From positions 1-64,000 of the forward strand of contig CAWEDJ010000040.1 in assembly GCA_963807635.1 (NCBI GenBank): a stretch of DNA of 64,000 nucleotides, in the 5' to 3' direction. The notes beneath the pieces are model-generated. The model was not told the DNA's origin. It ran no database searches and was given only the letters and a program-made list of their open reading frames with translations. Position numbers and translations under genes: made by a program. Source of the DNA: an uncultured cyanobacterium (GTDB taxonomy: Bacteria > Cyanobacteriota > Cyanobacteriia > Cyanobacteriales > Microcystaceae). Positions 22,557 through 33,587 of this stretch are shown here, piece after piece. Numbering within the stretch: the first letter of the stretch is position 1; every line of letters begins with the position of its first letter.

Positions 22557-22757
22557 ATGACAACATCAACCAAAAACCCAGAAATCATTATACTTGATGG
22601 AAAACCTATCGCGGTAATTCTAGATATTGATATTTATGAAGAAATGCTAGAACAAATTGGAAGTATAGAAGACCTTGAATATTTAGAGAAAGTTCGTCAA
22701 CAGCCTCTTGAATTTCGTTCTCTTGATGATTTTTTAAAACGAGAAAGCTATTGTTAA
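22557..22757 (+). CDS. Phd/YefM-like antitoxin (orphan)
   Basis: IIILDGKPIAVILDIDIYEEMLE pattern, 66 aa; RBS AAGGA. Confidence 0.6.
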   Translation: MTTSTKNPEIIILDGKPIAVILDIDIYEEMLEQIGSIEDLEYLEKVRQQPLEFRSLDDFLKRESYC

Positions 22758-22833
22758 GTTATTCTCAGCGATCGCTAGATTCAAAGATGAAAATGATCTG
22801 AGTTAATTTTCGACAAAATATAATTTTTCAGTT

Positions 22834-24568
22834 ATGTTAAAATCAGTTACTACCGAAGTTGGAGCAATAACTGCAATGCTAACAAAACAAAGAAGCGATC
22901 GCGTTGTTTTAAATCATTTGAGTTGGCAACAATTCCAAAATTTATTAGACGATTTAGGCGACAATCGTTCAGCGAGGATTGCCTATGATAATGGCTCCCT
23001 GGAAATTATGACACCATTACCCGAACACGAATATTACAAACAAGCCATTAGTATTGTAATCGAAGATATGGCTGAGGTATTAGAACAAGACTATGAGTGT
23101 CTAGGATTTAGTGCCTGGGAGCGAGAAGTCAAAAAAGCAGGTATCGAACCAGATAATTGTTTTTATTTCCAAAATGAATCATTAATTCGAGGTAAATTAG
23201 TCTTTGATTTAGATCATGATCCTCCTCCTGATCTGGCATTAGAAATTGGCTTGACTAGTAAATCTTTAGATCGTTTTCCGATCTATTCTCGTTTAGGTGT
23301 ACCAGAAATTTGGTGTTATGATTCGGGCCTATTACAGCAATTTCCGATCAAACGCACCACGAAAAAGCTATCTCAAAGGCTCAAAGTAGAGACCACAATG
23401 TTGGAACCAATCAAGAGCATTTTCATCAGTAATGGTATTGATCGCATTAGTAATAGCTTCGTCAAGAGCCTCGATTGTTCGAGCTTTAGCAGAGCGAATA
23501 ATTTCTTTTAATTTAGACCAACACAACTCAATTGGTGATAAATCTGGCGAATAGGAAGGTAAAAATTTAACCTTGGCTCCAACAGATTCAATCAGATTTG
23601 TAGTGACGGTAGCGTAATGTACAGACAAATTATCCATCACGACAATTGCCCCTGCCCATAACTGAGGTAATAATACTTGCTCAATAAAGACTAAAAAACT
23701 ATCGGTATTTAGACTGCCAGGAAAGGTCATTGAGGCAATCAAACCTTCATCACTCATCGCCCCAATTAAAGTGATGTTTTGTCCTTTATTTCCTGGACGC
23801 TCATCATAAACCCTTTCTCCTCCCAGACAACGCGCATAGAGTCTTACCATCGCTAGATTAAGACCCGTCTCATCAATGAATATCAGGTTTCTTATATCTA
23901 TCGTCTCTAGCCAACGTCTAAATTCATAACGCGATTCTTTAACCTTTTCTGTGCCTTGCTCACTTGCTACTAATGTTTTTTTTTTACGCCCTAATTCTAA
24001 ACGTGTAAGAGTTCGACTTACCCCCGATATACTTACTTCTATTCCTTTCTCTTGTTGCAATTTTTCTTGGATTTCTCGTAAATATATATCATTTTGTTCT
24101 GCAACTATTTTTTTTAATAATTCTTCGTCTTCACCCTTTATCTTTGAACGGCGATCTCCCCCTTGGGGTTTGGGTGCTATTTCATTTGTTTGTCGATACC
24201 GACGTAAAAAATCGCGAACGAAAGATAAGCTAACCTTAAATCGTTTTGCTAAACCTCTTTGAGTATTTTCTTGGTTTTGCCATGCCGTTAGTATTCTTTG
24301 GCGTAAATCTAGCGAATATGCTGCCATATCTCATTAATTTTTTTAAGTTTTTTTCATGTTACCATACTTGTAGCGGGTTTGAACGAAATTTGCTGTAAAG
24401 ATTTATCAACTTGAACAAGGAACATATTTAGAACATTCCCAAAGTCTAATTTTTCCTACCCTTAAAATTCAAGAAATACCTGATTTAATTGAAGCTTATC
24501 GTTATCTAGGGCGTAGAAAGTTTCGTCAAGCTGTTCGGAAATGGGTAAAAGAACAGAATCCAGATTAA
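22834..24568 (+). pseudogene. Uma2-family endonuclease interrupted by IS630
   Basis: Removing 23335-24395 plus TA restores YDSGLL-KIYQLEQGTY..VRKWVKEQNPD*; GIEPDNCFY and PPPDLALEI motifs. Confidence 0.9.
23335..24395 (-). mobile_element. IS630-family element; single-ORF transposase 23368-24327
   Basis: Imperfect TIRs CAGCAATTTC..TCAAAC / GTTTGA..GAAATTTGCTG; TA TSD; YSLDLRQR, FIDETG, MDNLSVH, YSPDLSPIE. Confidence 0.92.
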
Positions 24569-24638
24569 AAAAAGCTAGAAACAAAAAAAGAGACAAGGAA
24601 AAATCCCTGCCTCAATGACATCAGCAAACTCAAAAAAA

Positions 24639-25446
24639 TTAGAGCAATGATTGGGGTTGGCAAAATTGATAAACATCTGCGATCGCTTGTACCCAACCCT
24701 GGGCTAGAGACTCTAACAAACGATCGCCTTTTTCTTTCGTCGCAACAGTTGCATCGCCGATCACCCCACTTTTACTGAGTTCTCTGGTTAACCAGGCAAA
24801 GGGAAGCTGACCTTCTAGACTTAATAAACTGTTTTGGGGCAAATTTTGGGGATATTCTTTCAAGGCGCGGTCTAATTTGACCTGTTCGGGCAATAAACTC
24901 AGCATTAAACTGGTTTCCGCGTCCCCTGCATGAATCCCGTATTCCAATTCTTCTGGAGTTAGCAATTCAGCCGCAATGTGGGGAACTCGCCAGGTAAATA
25001 AGGGAAAAATTGAAAAATCAGGATATTTTTCGTGAATATCTCTCGCGGCAATTTCTAAAACCTGCGGCTGGCCACCATGAGAATTCATCCAAATTAATTT
25101 ACGAAATCCTGAGCGATAAAGACTATCGGCAACTTCCGTTAATAAATTGAGCAGGGTGGTTGCAGTGAGGGAAATTGTTCCTGGAAAGCCAGAATGCTCG
25201 TTAGATTTTCCGTAATATAAACAGGGCAGAGCGTAGGCAGGAATCTCAGGCTCTAGTCTTTCTAAAGCTTTTGCTAAAACCCCCAGACTAATGGCCGAAT
25301 CCACTGCGATCGGTAAATGGGGGCCATGTTGTTCGATCGCACCGATGGGCCTGAATAATAACGATATTTTGCTTATCGGGTAGATCCTGAATATCTGTCC
25401 AGGTCAGATAGGGAAAAAAACGATGGGGCGGAATAAAACCGTGCAT
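24639..25446 (-). CDS. Creatininase-family amidohydrolase (apparent frameshift ~25350)
   Basis: MHGFIPPHRFFPYLTW N-terminus in another frame; GAIEQHGPHLP, NSHGGQ, HAGDAETS. Confidence 0.85.
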
Positions 25447-26354
25447 CATTCTGGCGTTTTCCCATCCTTTTTCTTAGGGTCTGGATCAACGGGTAAGCTA
25501 CTGAGAAAGGACTTCATAGAGGGATTGCTAAATAAAACCTGGGTATCTTGCAAAAGTTTCTCTCCCCAAAGATTTTCCTTCAAGAATTTTAAATCCTTGT
25601 AGCGACTATCTATTTTTAAAGCACTTTCTCCTAATTTTAAAGCCTGTTCCTGTTTACCCTGGGAATAGAGCGCGACGGCGATCGCGAGTTGGGGTTCAGC
25701 TTGTTCTTTGTCGATACTGGTGGCCGCTTGCCATTTTTTTAAGGCTCCTTCCACGTCTCCCTGTTCATATTTCACTAAACCCATATTATTAATCGCGGGC
25801 CAAAAAGTTTTGTCTCGTCCCGCCGCCTCTTCATAGGAATTAATCGCCTCTCCCCATTTTTGTAATTTTAGAAAAGAGTTTCCTAAATCAAATAAAGCGG
25901 CTGGAATTCCTGGCTTGATCTTTAATCCTGCCTCTAGGGACGCGATCGCGGCGTTGTAATCCCCTTTTTGGAAATACGCATTACCGAGGGTAAATTTAAT
26001 GCCCGCTTCATCAGGAGCCATACCCTGGGCTTTAAGTAGAGATTGAAGTCCCTGATTTAGGTCGTCCTGTTGCAAAAATAATGTACCAAGAATAAACCAG
26101 GTTTGATATTTTTGGGGGGCTAACTGCGTCGCTAACTTGGCACGGGAGAGGGCCAAATCATACTGCTGAAAACGGACGAGCTGAATGACATCTTCCGTCA
26201 GAGCTAATCCCTGTTGTTCTAGCTGTTCATTATCCAAATTAGGGCTGTAGGGAAGCAAAGCCTGGGTTCGACCTGGTAAGGAAATATTCCAAACTCCCAA
26301 ACCAACCAAAAGAAAAAGTAACCAATTACGTTTAGGCACTGTGTTGTCTCTCAT
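25446..26354 (-). CDS. Tetratricopeptide-repeat protein, signal peptide-like N-terminus
   Basis: Multiple TPR units (LGNAYFQKGDY..A, WPAINNMGLV). Confidence 0.85.
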   Translation of the reverse strand: MRDNTVPKRNWLLFLLVGLGVWNISLPGRTQALLPYSPNLDNEQLEQQGLALTEDVIQLVRFQQYDLALSRAKLATQLAPQKYQTWFILGTLFLQQDDLNQGLQSLLKAQGMAPDEAGIKFTLGNAYFQKGDYNAAIASLEAGLKIKPGIPAALFDLGNSFLKLQKWGEAINSYEEAAGRDKTFWPAINNMGLVKYEQGDVEGALKKWQAATSIDKEQAEPQLAIAVALYSQGKQEQALKLGESALKIDSRYKDLKFLKENLWGEKLLQDTQVLFSNPSMKSFLSSLPVDPDPKKKDGKTPE

Positions 26355-26536
26355 CCATTGTCCACCGATCTAGTTTATCCTATCTCGGAATTTATCTGGA
26401 TTACGAGAGCGATTCTCTCAAGAGCCGCCTAGACAAATCCTTACGAACTTTCTCTTGCGATCGTCATCTAGCTAAAGTATGAAGTCGTCTGCAAATTAAC
26501 GAAAACCAATGCTATGATAAAAAGCGATTTGTTTTT

Positions 26537-26611
26537 GGGGTTGTAGCTCAGTCGGATAGAGCGAGTGCCTCCTAAGCGCTAGGCCGCCGGTTCGACCCCT
26601 GGCCAATCCCG
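26537..26611 (+). tRNA. tRNA-Arg(CCT)
   Basis: Acceptor GGGGTTG/CAATCCC; D-arm GCTC..GAGC; anticodon arm AGTGC-CT-CCT-AA-GCGCT; T-arm GCCGG-TTCGA (loop one C long). Confidence 0.9.
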
Positions 26612-26633
26612 TTTTTAGTGTTTAATCAGCTTT

Positions 26634-28033
26634 TTAACTAAACTTTTCAGGCAGTTTTGACCAGGCAGGCATCATTGTCTCTAGTTGGGCCGCTAAGGTG
26701 ATTAGAGTGGCTTCATCCGCAGGTTTTCCAATTAACTGTACACCGATGGGTAACCCCAATTGATCCTGGCCAACGGGTAAGGCGATCGCGGGTAAACCTG
26801 ACGCATTACAGGGGGGACAGTTTGCCACCCAGTCAATAATTTTTTGCACCGTCTCAGCAGGGGATAAATCAGCCCACTGCCCAATTTTGATCGGTTGATG
26901 ACGATAAACGGGTAAAACTAACACATCAAATTGCTCAAAAAAGCCGACGATTTGCCGAGAAATAATTTGCATTTGTCGAACAGCTTGCAGATAATCCCCC
27001 GCCGAGAGGTTTTGTTCGCCTAACCAACGATTAACGGGACTGAGAATTTCTAAGGGAATCCCCGCCGCCATTACGCCCGATTGCCAAATTTTCGTAAAGG
27101 GTTCAATTAAATCCTGGGCATCAAAACAAGCAGGTTCCACCCGATGACCCAAAGATTCTAGGTGTTTAACTGTCGTGTTTACCCCTTCTTGGCAGACCAA
27201 ATCTGCATCACTAAAAGGCGGCACGCTATAGGCAAAGGCAATGCGTAAACTGGGCAAAGACTGATTAACGGCTTCTGAAAAAGGAGATCTCTGGGTCAGG
27301 CAACCAATAGGGATCGCCCGTTGTATAACCTGACAGCACATCTAACAACGCCGCCGCATCCCTCACGGTTCTCGCTAGGGGGCCAATCACTGCGATCCCA
27401 CTCTGATAATCTCCTACTGGTGCAAAGGAAATGCGGCCCCGACTGGGCTTAATGCCGACTAAACCGCAACAACTGGCTGCCGCGCACGGAACCACCGCCG
27501 TCTGACCCCTGGGCGACTGGACAAAATCCCGCCGCGATCGCTGCCGCCGTGCCACCACTAGAGCCTCCTGCGGTATAGTCTAAATTCCAAGGGTTTCGGG
27601 TGGGAGCAAACCCTGGGGTTTCGGTGTAGGGAAAGGAACCTAATTCAGAAGTGGCTGTTTTTCCGAGTAAAATAAAGCCCGCTTGTTTCATACGAGTGAC
27701 GGCGGCCTCATCGTAGGTGCAAGGATTGTCTTTTAAGGCCGCAACACCATAGCTAATGGGCATTCCTGCAACGGCATTGAGATCCTTAATGGCAGTGGGA
27801 ACCCCAAAGAAAGGCGGTAATTGATGGGGGTCTGAGGTTTTGACTAATTGTTCAGTTTTCGCTTTGGCATCGGCGATCGCGCTTTCTACAGCAACATGAA
27901 AAAAACTTCCGACCTGGGCATCGAAACGTTCAATACGTAAGAGAAAAAATTGGGTCAATTCTAGGGGCGAAATTTCACGTTTTTGGATTAGTCGAGCTAG
28001 TTCTAGGGCAGAGGTCAGAGCTAAATTAGTCAT
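26634..28033 (-). CDS. Amidase-signature family protein (two apparent frameshifts)
   Basis: GVPTAIKD, GGSSGG, GSDGGGSVR, CGLVGIKPSRGR, GLPIGVQL across three ORFs. Confidence 0.85.
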
Positions 28034-28139
28034 GGTAAACCAATAGGATTAAAGTGACGATTGTAAAGATTTTACAAGCATTTGATGACCACTATTCGAT
28101 AAGAGGTGATCGCATTTCGCATTTTAGAGAAAAATTGGG

Positions 28140-31016
28140 TTATTGGTGTTTAAAGAATTTGGGAAGACGGAGGGTAAAAGTACTTCCTTCATTGAGGATA
28201 CTATGGACTTCAATTTCTCCTTGATGCAAATCGACACATTTTTTGACGATCGCCAGGCCCAAACCTGTGCCTTGAATATTGCCCGTATTGGTTGCACGAT
28301 GAAAAGTCGTAAAGAGTTTATTTAAGTCATCAACGGGAATGCCAATCCCCTTATCTTTGATTTCAAAAATTAGCTTCAATTCTTCAATTTTAAGATTAAG
28401 GTTGATATTCGATCCTGGAGGAGAATATTTGATAGCATTCGTCAGCAGATTGGTTAAAATTTGTCGCAGAAGTTTAGGATCAAATTCTACGATCAAGGGC
28501 TGATGGGAGTTGAGGTTTTCTGGAATGGTAAAAATAATAGGGTGTTCACTACTACTAAGTTGTAATTCGGCGATTAAATCTTGACAAAAATTCAAGAGAT
28601 CCAAGGATTGGGGATTAAAGGCGATTTTTTCGGCTTCAGCCTTACTCATAGTCAGGACATCATCAAGCAATTCGGTCATGTGTTTGATACTGGACTGAAT
28701 GCGTTTGAAGTGTTGTTGTTTTTTTTCTTCACTCAGGCGTTGGTAATAGCTTTCCATAATGCCTGTGGAGGAAGAAATAATCGCCAAGGGAGTACGAAAT
28801 TCGTGGGAAGCCATTGAGACAAACCGCGATCGCAGATCACCGAGTTCTTTTTCTTTTTCGAGGGCATGGAGGATGTCCTGTTCTGCCTGTTTAATATGGG
28901 TAATATCTCGAATAACACTGGCAATATGGGACGGTTCACCCGTTTTAGGATTTCTAATGAGAAAGGCATTGCAAAGCACGGGAATTAATTGTTGGGTCTC
29001 AAAATGCCACAGGTTAACTTCTCCTTCCCACTGATCTTCTTGAAAGACAAGGCGTAACACCTCATTTTGAATAAAGGGGCGATCTTCTAATCGAAAAAAA
29101 TCTAGAATCGTAAGTTGTTGAATATTTGTGCTGGATTCTATACCGACTAATTTTTGGCCTGCACGATTGATAAAAGTTATTTGTCCTGATAAATCCGCTA
29201 TTCCTATGAATTCTGAACTATTTTCCACGACTAAATCTAGTTTTTGTCGCTCTGCTTCGATTTTTTTCCGTTGCTTAAGTTCAGATTGCAATTGTTCATA
29301 CAGTTCCGATTGTTGAATTGCGATCGCCAGTTGAATAGCAATTTGTCGAAAAATATTAATTTCCTGTTCTTGCCATTGCCGAGGACTAGAACATTGATGG
29401 GCAATGATTAAACCCCAGAGTTTATTGTTTTGGATAATGGGAACGACTAATTTGGCTTGTACCTGAATGGTTTCCAGAAATTCTGCCAGACAGTCCAAAA
29501 TAGGGCCATCCTTTCGGTCATTGAGGGCAAAAATTCTTCCTTGAGCATAACGCTCATAATTTTCTTCGGGGAAAACTTCGGCGGGAAACACAATATCCAA
29601 TACTTTGATCCAATCTCCCGCTACGGATTCTGCGATCGCGGCTCCCGTTCCCCCCGGAAAAACCTGATAAATCAAAACGCGATCGGCTTGCAAAAATCGT
29701 CGCATTTCTTCTACGGTGGTATTCAGGACTTCTTTTAAATCCAAAGATTCCCGAATCCGTTGGGTAATTTTTTTAATTAAATCTTCCTGATTGGCCTTTT
29801 GCTGTAATAAAACTTCTGTTTGCTTTAAATCCTCAATATCTGTACAGGAACCGAGCCACATGGTAGATTCTCTGAGTTCATCCCAAATATCACAAATAGG
29901 AAGTACCTGAGCCAAATGCCAACGATAAACGCCATCTAAACGTTTTAGTCGATATTCCAAAGAATAGGATTCATACAGTAAGTCGGCAGTAAAGATGCTT
30001 TCTTGGACAATGGCACGGTCATCGGGATGGATGAACTCTAACCAACCATCCGTTTGAATCTCTGTTAAGGATTTTCCAAAATATTGCTGGGTACGTTGAT
30101 TAACCTCCGTAATGGTGCCATTGCTATCCGTCAACCAAATAAGATTAGGAACGGCTTCGGCTAAAATTCGGTAACGTTGTTGACTCTGCCAAAGTTGGTT
30201 GTCTGCTCTTTTTCGCGCCGTAATATCTCTGAGAGAAACAAAATAACAGGATTGACAATCCCATAGAAATTGGGAGACCTGTACTTCCCCTACTCCGACT
30301 TCTCCATTGCGTCGAATAATTTCCATCTCAAATATGTCATTCAAGGAAATCGGAATGCCCAAGCTCACCCCAATTAATTGCTCGGCAGGAAGGTTAAACA
30401 TTTGCCCTGCGGCAACATTGGCAAAAATAATTTCTCCCGATTTGCTCAAAATGACAATCCCCTCTGATACATTTGTCATGATGGTATCGAGAGAAAGCCC
30501 GCAAAATAGAAATTCTGATTCTTCTAGCTCTAAGGCTCCGCGATCGCTGGGAGTGATTAAATCGGTGATCATGGGGAATTGAGGCGATAGTTCTGGGATT
30601 AAATTCCTGGAATTGAAGCCTAAATCAAGACTTTCCCTAGCAATAATGCCAAAGAATTGATTCTCATGATCCAGAACAGGTAAATAACGGATTTGATATT
30701 TTTGAAAAAATTGAATCAGTTGGGACGAATTTTTCAGTAAATTTTCAGCTTGGGATAGGGGGAGCGCGATCTCTGGAAATTTTAAGACCTCATTGACGGT
30801 TGCAGTGTCCAAATCAATGCCGTCAGCGATCGCCTGCACCACATCCCGTTCCGTTAAAATTCCTGCTAGACGACCTTCCTCCAAAACAACGACATAGTGA
30901 CTCTGACTAGCACTGTTGGCTATTAGCGCGATCGCTTCCCGCAAACTCGTCTCTCTCGCAATTTGGAGAGGAACTTTATCGATGATGGATTCTACTTGCG
31001 TGGAAAGCAGGTTCAT
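28140..31016 (-). CDS. CBS-PAS-PAS-GAF(cyanobacteriochrome)-PAS histidine kinase
   Basis: CBS (GILTERDVV); PAS/PAC (IHPDDR..YRLKRLDGVYRW); GAF with EVFP..CL..KLVVPI..LWGLIIAHQC; H-box SHEFRTPL; NAIKYS, DKGIGI, GTGLGL. Confidence 0.9.
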   Translation of the reverse strand: MNLLSTQVESIIDKVPLQIARETSLREAIALIANSASQSHYVVVLEEGRLAGILTERDVVQAIADGIDLDTATVNEVLKFPEIALPLSQAENLLKNSSQLIQFFQKYQIRYLPVLDHENQFFGIIARESLDLGFNSRNLIPELSPQFPMITDLITPSDRGALELEESEFLFCGLSLDTIMTNVSEGIVILSKSGEIIFANVAAGQMFNLPAEQLIGVSLGIPISLNDIFEMEIIRRNGEVGVGEVQVSQFLWDCQSCYFVSLRDITARKRADNQLWQSQQRYRILAEAVPNLIWLTDSNGTITEVNQRTQQYFGKSLTEIQTDGWLEFIHPDDRAIVQESIFTADLLYESYSLEYRLKRLDGVYRWHLAQVLPICDIWDELRESTMWLGSCTDIEDLKQTEVLLQQKANQEDLIKKITQRIRESLDLKEVLNTTVEEMRRFLQADRVLIYQVFPGGTGAAIAESVAGDWIKVLDIVFPAEVFPEENYERYAQGRIFALNDRKDGPILDCLAEFLETIQVQAKLVVPIIQNNKLWGLIIAHQCSSPRQWQEQEINIFRQIAIQLAIAIQQSELYEQLQSELKQRKKIEAERQKLDLVVENSSEFIGIADLSGQITFINRAGQKLVGIESSTNIQQLTILDFFRLEDRPFIQNEVLRLVFQEDQWEGEVNLWHFETQQLIPVLCNAFLIRNPKTGEPSHIASVIRDITHIKQAEQDILHALEKEKELGDLRSRFVSMASHEFRTPLAIISSSTGIMESYYQRLSEEKKQQHFKRIQSSIKHMTELLDDVLTMSKAEAEKIAFNPQSLDLLNFCQDLIAELQLSSSEHPIIFTIPENLNSHQPLIVEFDPKLLRQILTNLLTNAIKYSPPGSNINLNLKIEELKLIFEIKDKGIGIPVDDLNKLFTTFHRATNTGNIQGTGLGLAIVKKCVDLHQGEIEVHSILNEGSTFTLRLPKFFKHQ

Positions 31017-31165
31017 TGTTGTTAATCTTTTTGTAGTTCATCTATTCCCAGTTTACGTTATCCCTTTACAAATTTAATAAAACGAAACTAAAGACGACTG
31101 TAACCGTCCTGGTAGCGTTAAAAACGATTCAGAATATCCTTAAAATGCTTATTCTAATAGGGGGC

Positions 31166-33327
31166 TTAATTGGGGATTTGGGAATTTCGTAGTTCATTGA
31201 TCATTGCTTCAACGGCTTTTGCATCGCTTAGATTCCCCTCTTTTTCTAAAAATAAATAGGCTTGTTCAAAGTTTTTAATGGCTTCTGAATAGATGCCTAA
31301 ATTTTTATAATAAGTGCCTCTTTGTAAAAAAGAAGATGCTAACCTTGAGTTTAATCCTAAAGATTTTTTAGAATTTTTAGCTATTAATTCATCGGAATAA
31401 CTTTGATTATTTTTTAAGGTTTGGTCAGCATTAAAAATATCAGGAGTCTCCAAGGAAGTTTTATTCGCTAATGAATTATGATAATCTTCTAGGGTCTGTA
31501 AAGAATCTAAATAATCTTCTTGTAATAGCGATTTTTGAGTCGTCTTAGGTTTGGAAAATAGTTCTTTTTTAGCATTAGCGGCCTTAGATTGATTCTTGAG
31601 TAATATTTTTTGTTCGATAGATTTACTGATCAGATTATCTTTGTTTTCGGGCAGTTTTAATAGCTCGGTTTCTAAGGTTGTTTTAATATTAGCATTAATA
31701 TCTTTGAGTAAATCTTTATTAGCTCTATAAAAAGATGAGACACGAGGGTTATCAAGTTCGAGCGCGATCGCCTTTAATAAATCTCGCTCCGATAGTTGCT
31801 CGTTGCCTAATACCTTATTCACCAATCTGCGATTAAGATAGGCATCCCCTAAATTAGGGTTAATCTGGATCGCTTTATTAAAATCCGTCAGCGCACCAAA
31901 ATATTCTCCCTTCTTATAGCGTCGATAACCCCGCTCATTATAGGCCATAGCATCATCAGGATTATTAGAAATCGGAATACTGCTAACATTCGGTTGAAAA
32001 TTTTCACGAGGTTTAGACTGGGGAAACTCTTGAACCAGAAAAATCAGGATCAAAACCCCCGCAAACCAAGGAAGACTTTTAAGAACAGGAGAAGCATATC
32101 GATTAAAGTTCATGAAAACTTGATAGCTCATATTTCTCTTAAATGAATAAGGATAGGGCATCATGGAGGGCGATTGCAGAGGATACTTTTTCAGATGGGG
32201 ATATCTACGATTGGTCAGGTTTCTTCTGGGATAGGGAGAAACACCCGCCGAAGAGGCAGATTGACGAAACATATCCTTTCTAATCGGATTCGCCGCAACT
32301 TTAACTGGCGTTTTATCTCCAAAAATATCAAAATTTAATTCTTCTTGACGTTTACACCAATAACAAGAAGGATTACCCACATAATGAAAATGTCGGCTTT
32401 CTTGATCGCATTGTTTAAGCTCCTGAAGCGCAACTTGTAAGGATTGTTGCCACTCTTCCGCAGTCGGTCTTTGTCGAGTATTCTGATAACCTTCGGTAAA
32501 GCACCTGATAAAACAGTCTTTGAGACTAGGATGTAGGACACTCAAAGAAATGGTTAAGGGTGAGGGTCGAATAAATCCTTTAGTATCAAAGGCCCAGGAA
32601 CCCTTACGAATTAATTCCGTTAATTCTGGTGAGTCCCCTAGCCCGATCCATTTCCCCTGAAAAGGATGGGAACCAAATAAAAGATAATAAATGACGACTC
32701 CTAAGCGAAAACGGTCATGAACTTCTGTTTGATTAATCTTGGAAAAATCTTGATTCAGTAATTCAGGGGGAGTGAACCCCTCTGAGCCGACTAGACATCG
32801 ATAAATATGACCATTTTTAGGATTTGTTACTTGAAAGGAATCCGTATCAATAATCGATGGAACCGCTTGACTGTTAACTAAAATATTCTGGGGTTTAATA
32901 TCTCCTAAAACATATCCTGCTTCATGGATGGAATGAATAATAGAAGCAATATTATGGGAAACCACATGGAGAAAATGCCAATCTATTTTAAGTCCAACCT
33001 TATTGCGTCTTCGAGGATTATAAACATCAATTAACTCCCTCCCTTCCTCTATTTTGGGCATCAAAAAACCCCTAATAACCCCATCTTTACTGATTAAGAG
33101 AGATTGGGGCAGGCAAAGGAAATATGATTTTTTCCTTGATTGGGGTCTTCGGGGGGATGTTGAAACATCACTTTTAATTTTTCTTGTCGTTGTGGCGTGG
33201 AAGCGTGATAAATTTTAGCTAAAATTTGAGAATCTTCTGTTGTCCAGATATGTCCTTCCCCGCTAGAAGCAATTTGTTGATGTAGAACAATTTTTTTGTC
33301 TGTTTTACTACAATACAAAAGAGTCAT
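31166..33327 (-). CDS. TerY-associated-type Ser/Thr kinase with TM segment and TPRs (apparent frameshift ~33100)
   Basis: SSGEG..AKIYH; GDIKPQNILV, IDTDSFQ, FTPPEL, HPFQG, CYWC; then a TM helix and TPRs. Confidence 0.75.
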
Positions 33328-33587
33328 AGTTTATTAATTGTATAAGGATTTTATTATTTAAAAATGAATCCGAAAAATCATTAAATTCTGTTTTTTAAGA
33401 GATTTATAAATAGTCTTTTTGATTATTTTTTAACTAGTTGATGAATGGCAAGATTGAGATAAATATCTAGTTTATAAAAAAATGCGATCGCAAGATTCCT
33501 GTAGTATATCGAATTTTTTTTAGTAGAACACAGGAAAACTGATAAAACGTAGAGATGATCTAAGTTTTTGGCTCAAACCCAGGGCGA

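Noticed and set aside
26591..26600. 8-nt T-loop in tRNA-Arg as a structural novelty
   Set aside because: The extra base is in a C-run, in a sequence with many apparent indel errors.
26537..26640. tRNA-Arg(CCT) as the CAST or island integration site
   Set aside because: No TGT-terminated end, TnsB sites or tRNA 3' duplication follow it; the amidase gene ends 22 bp downstream.
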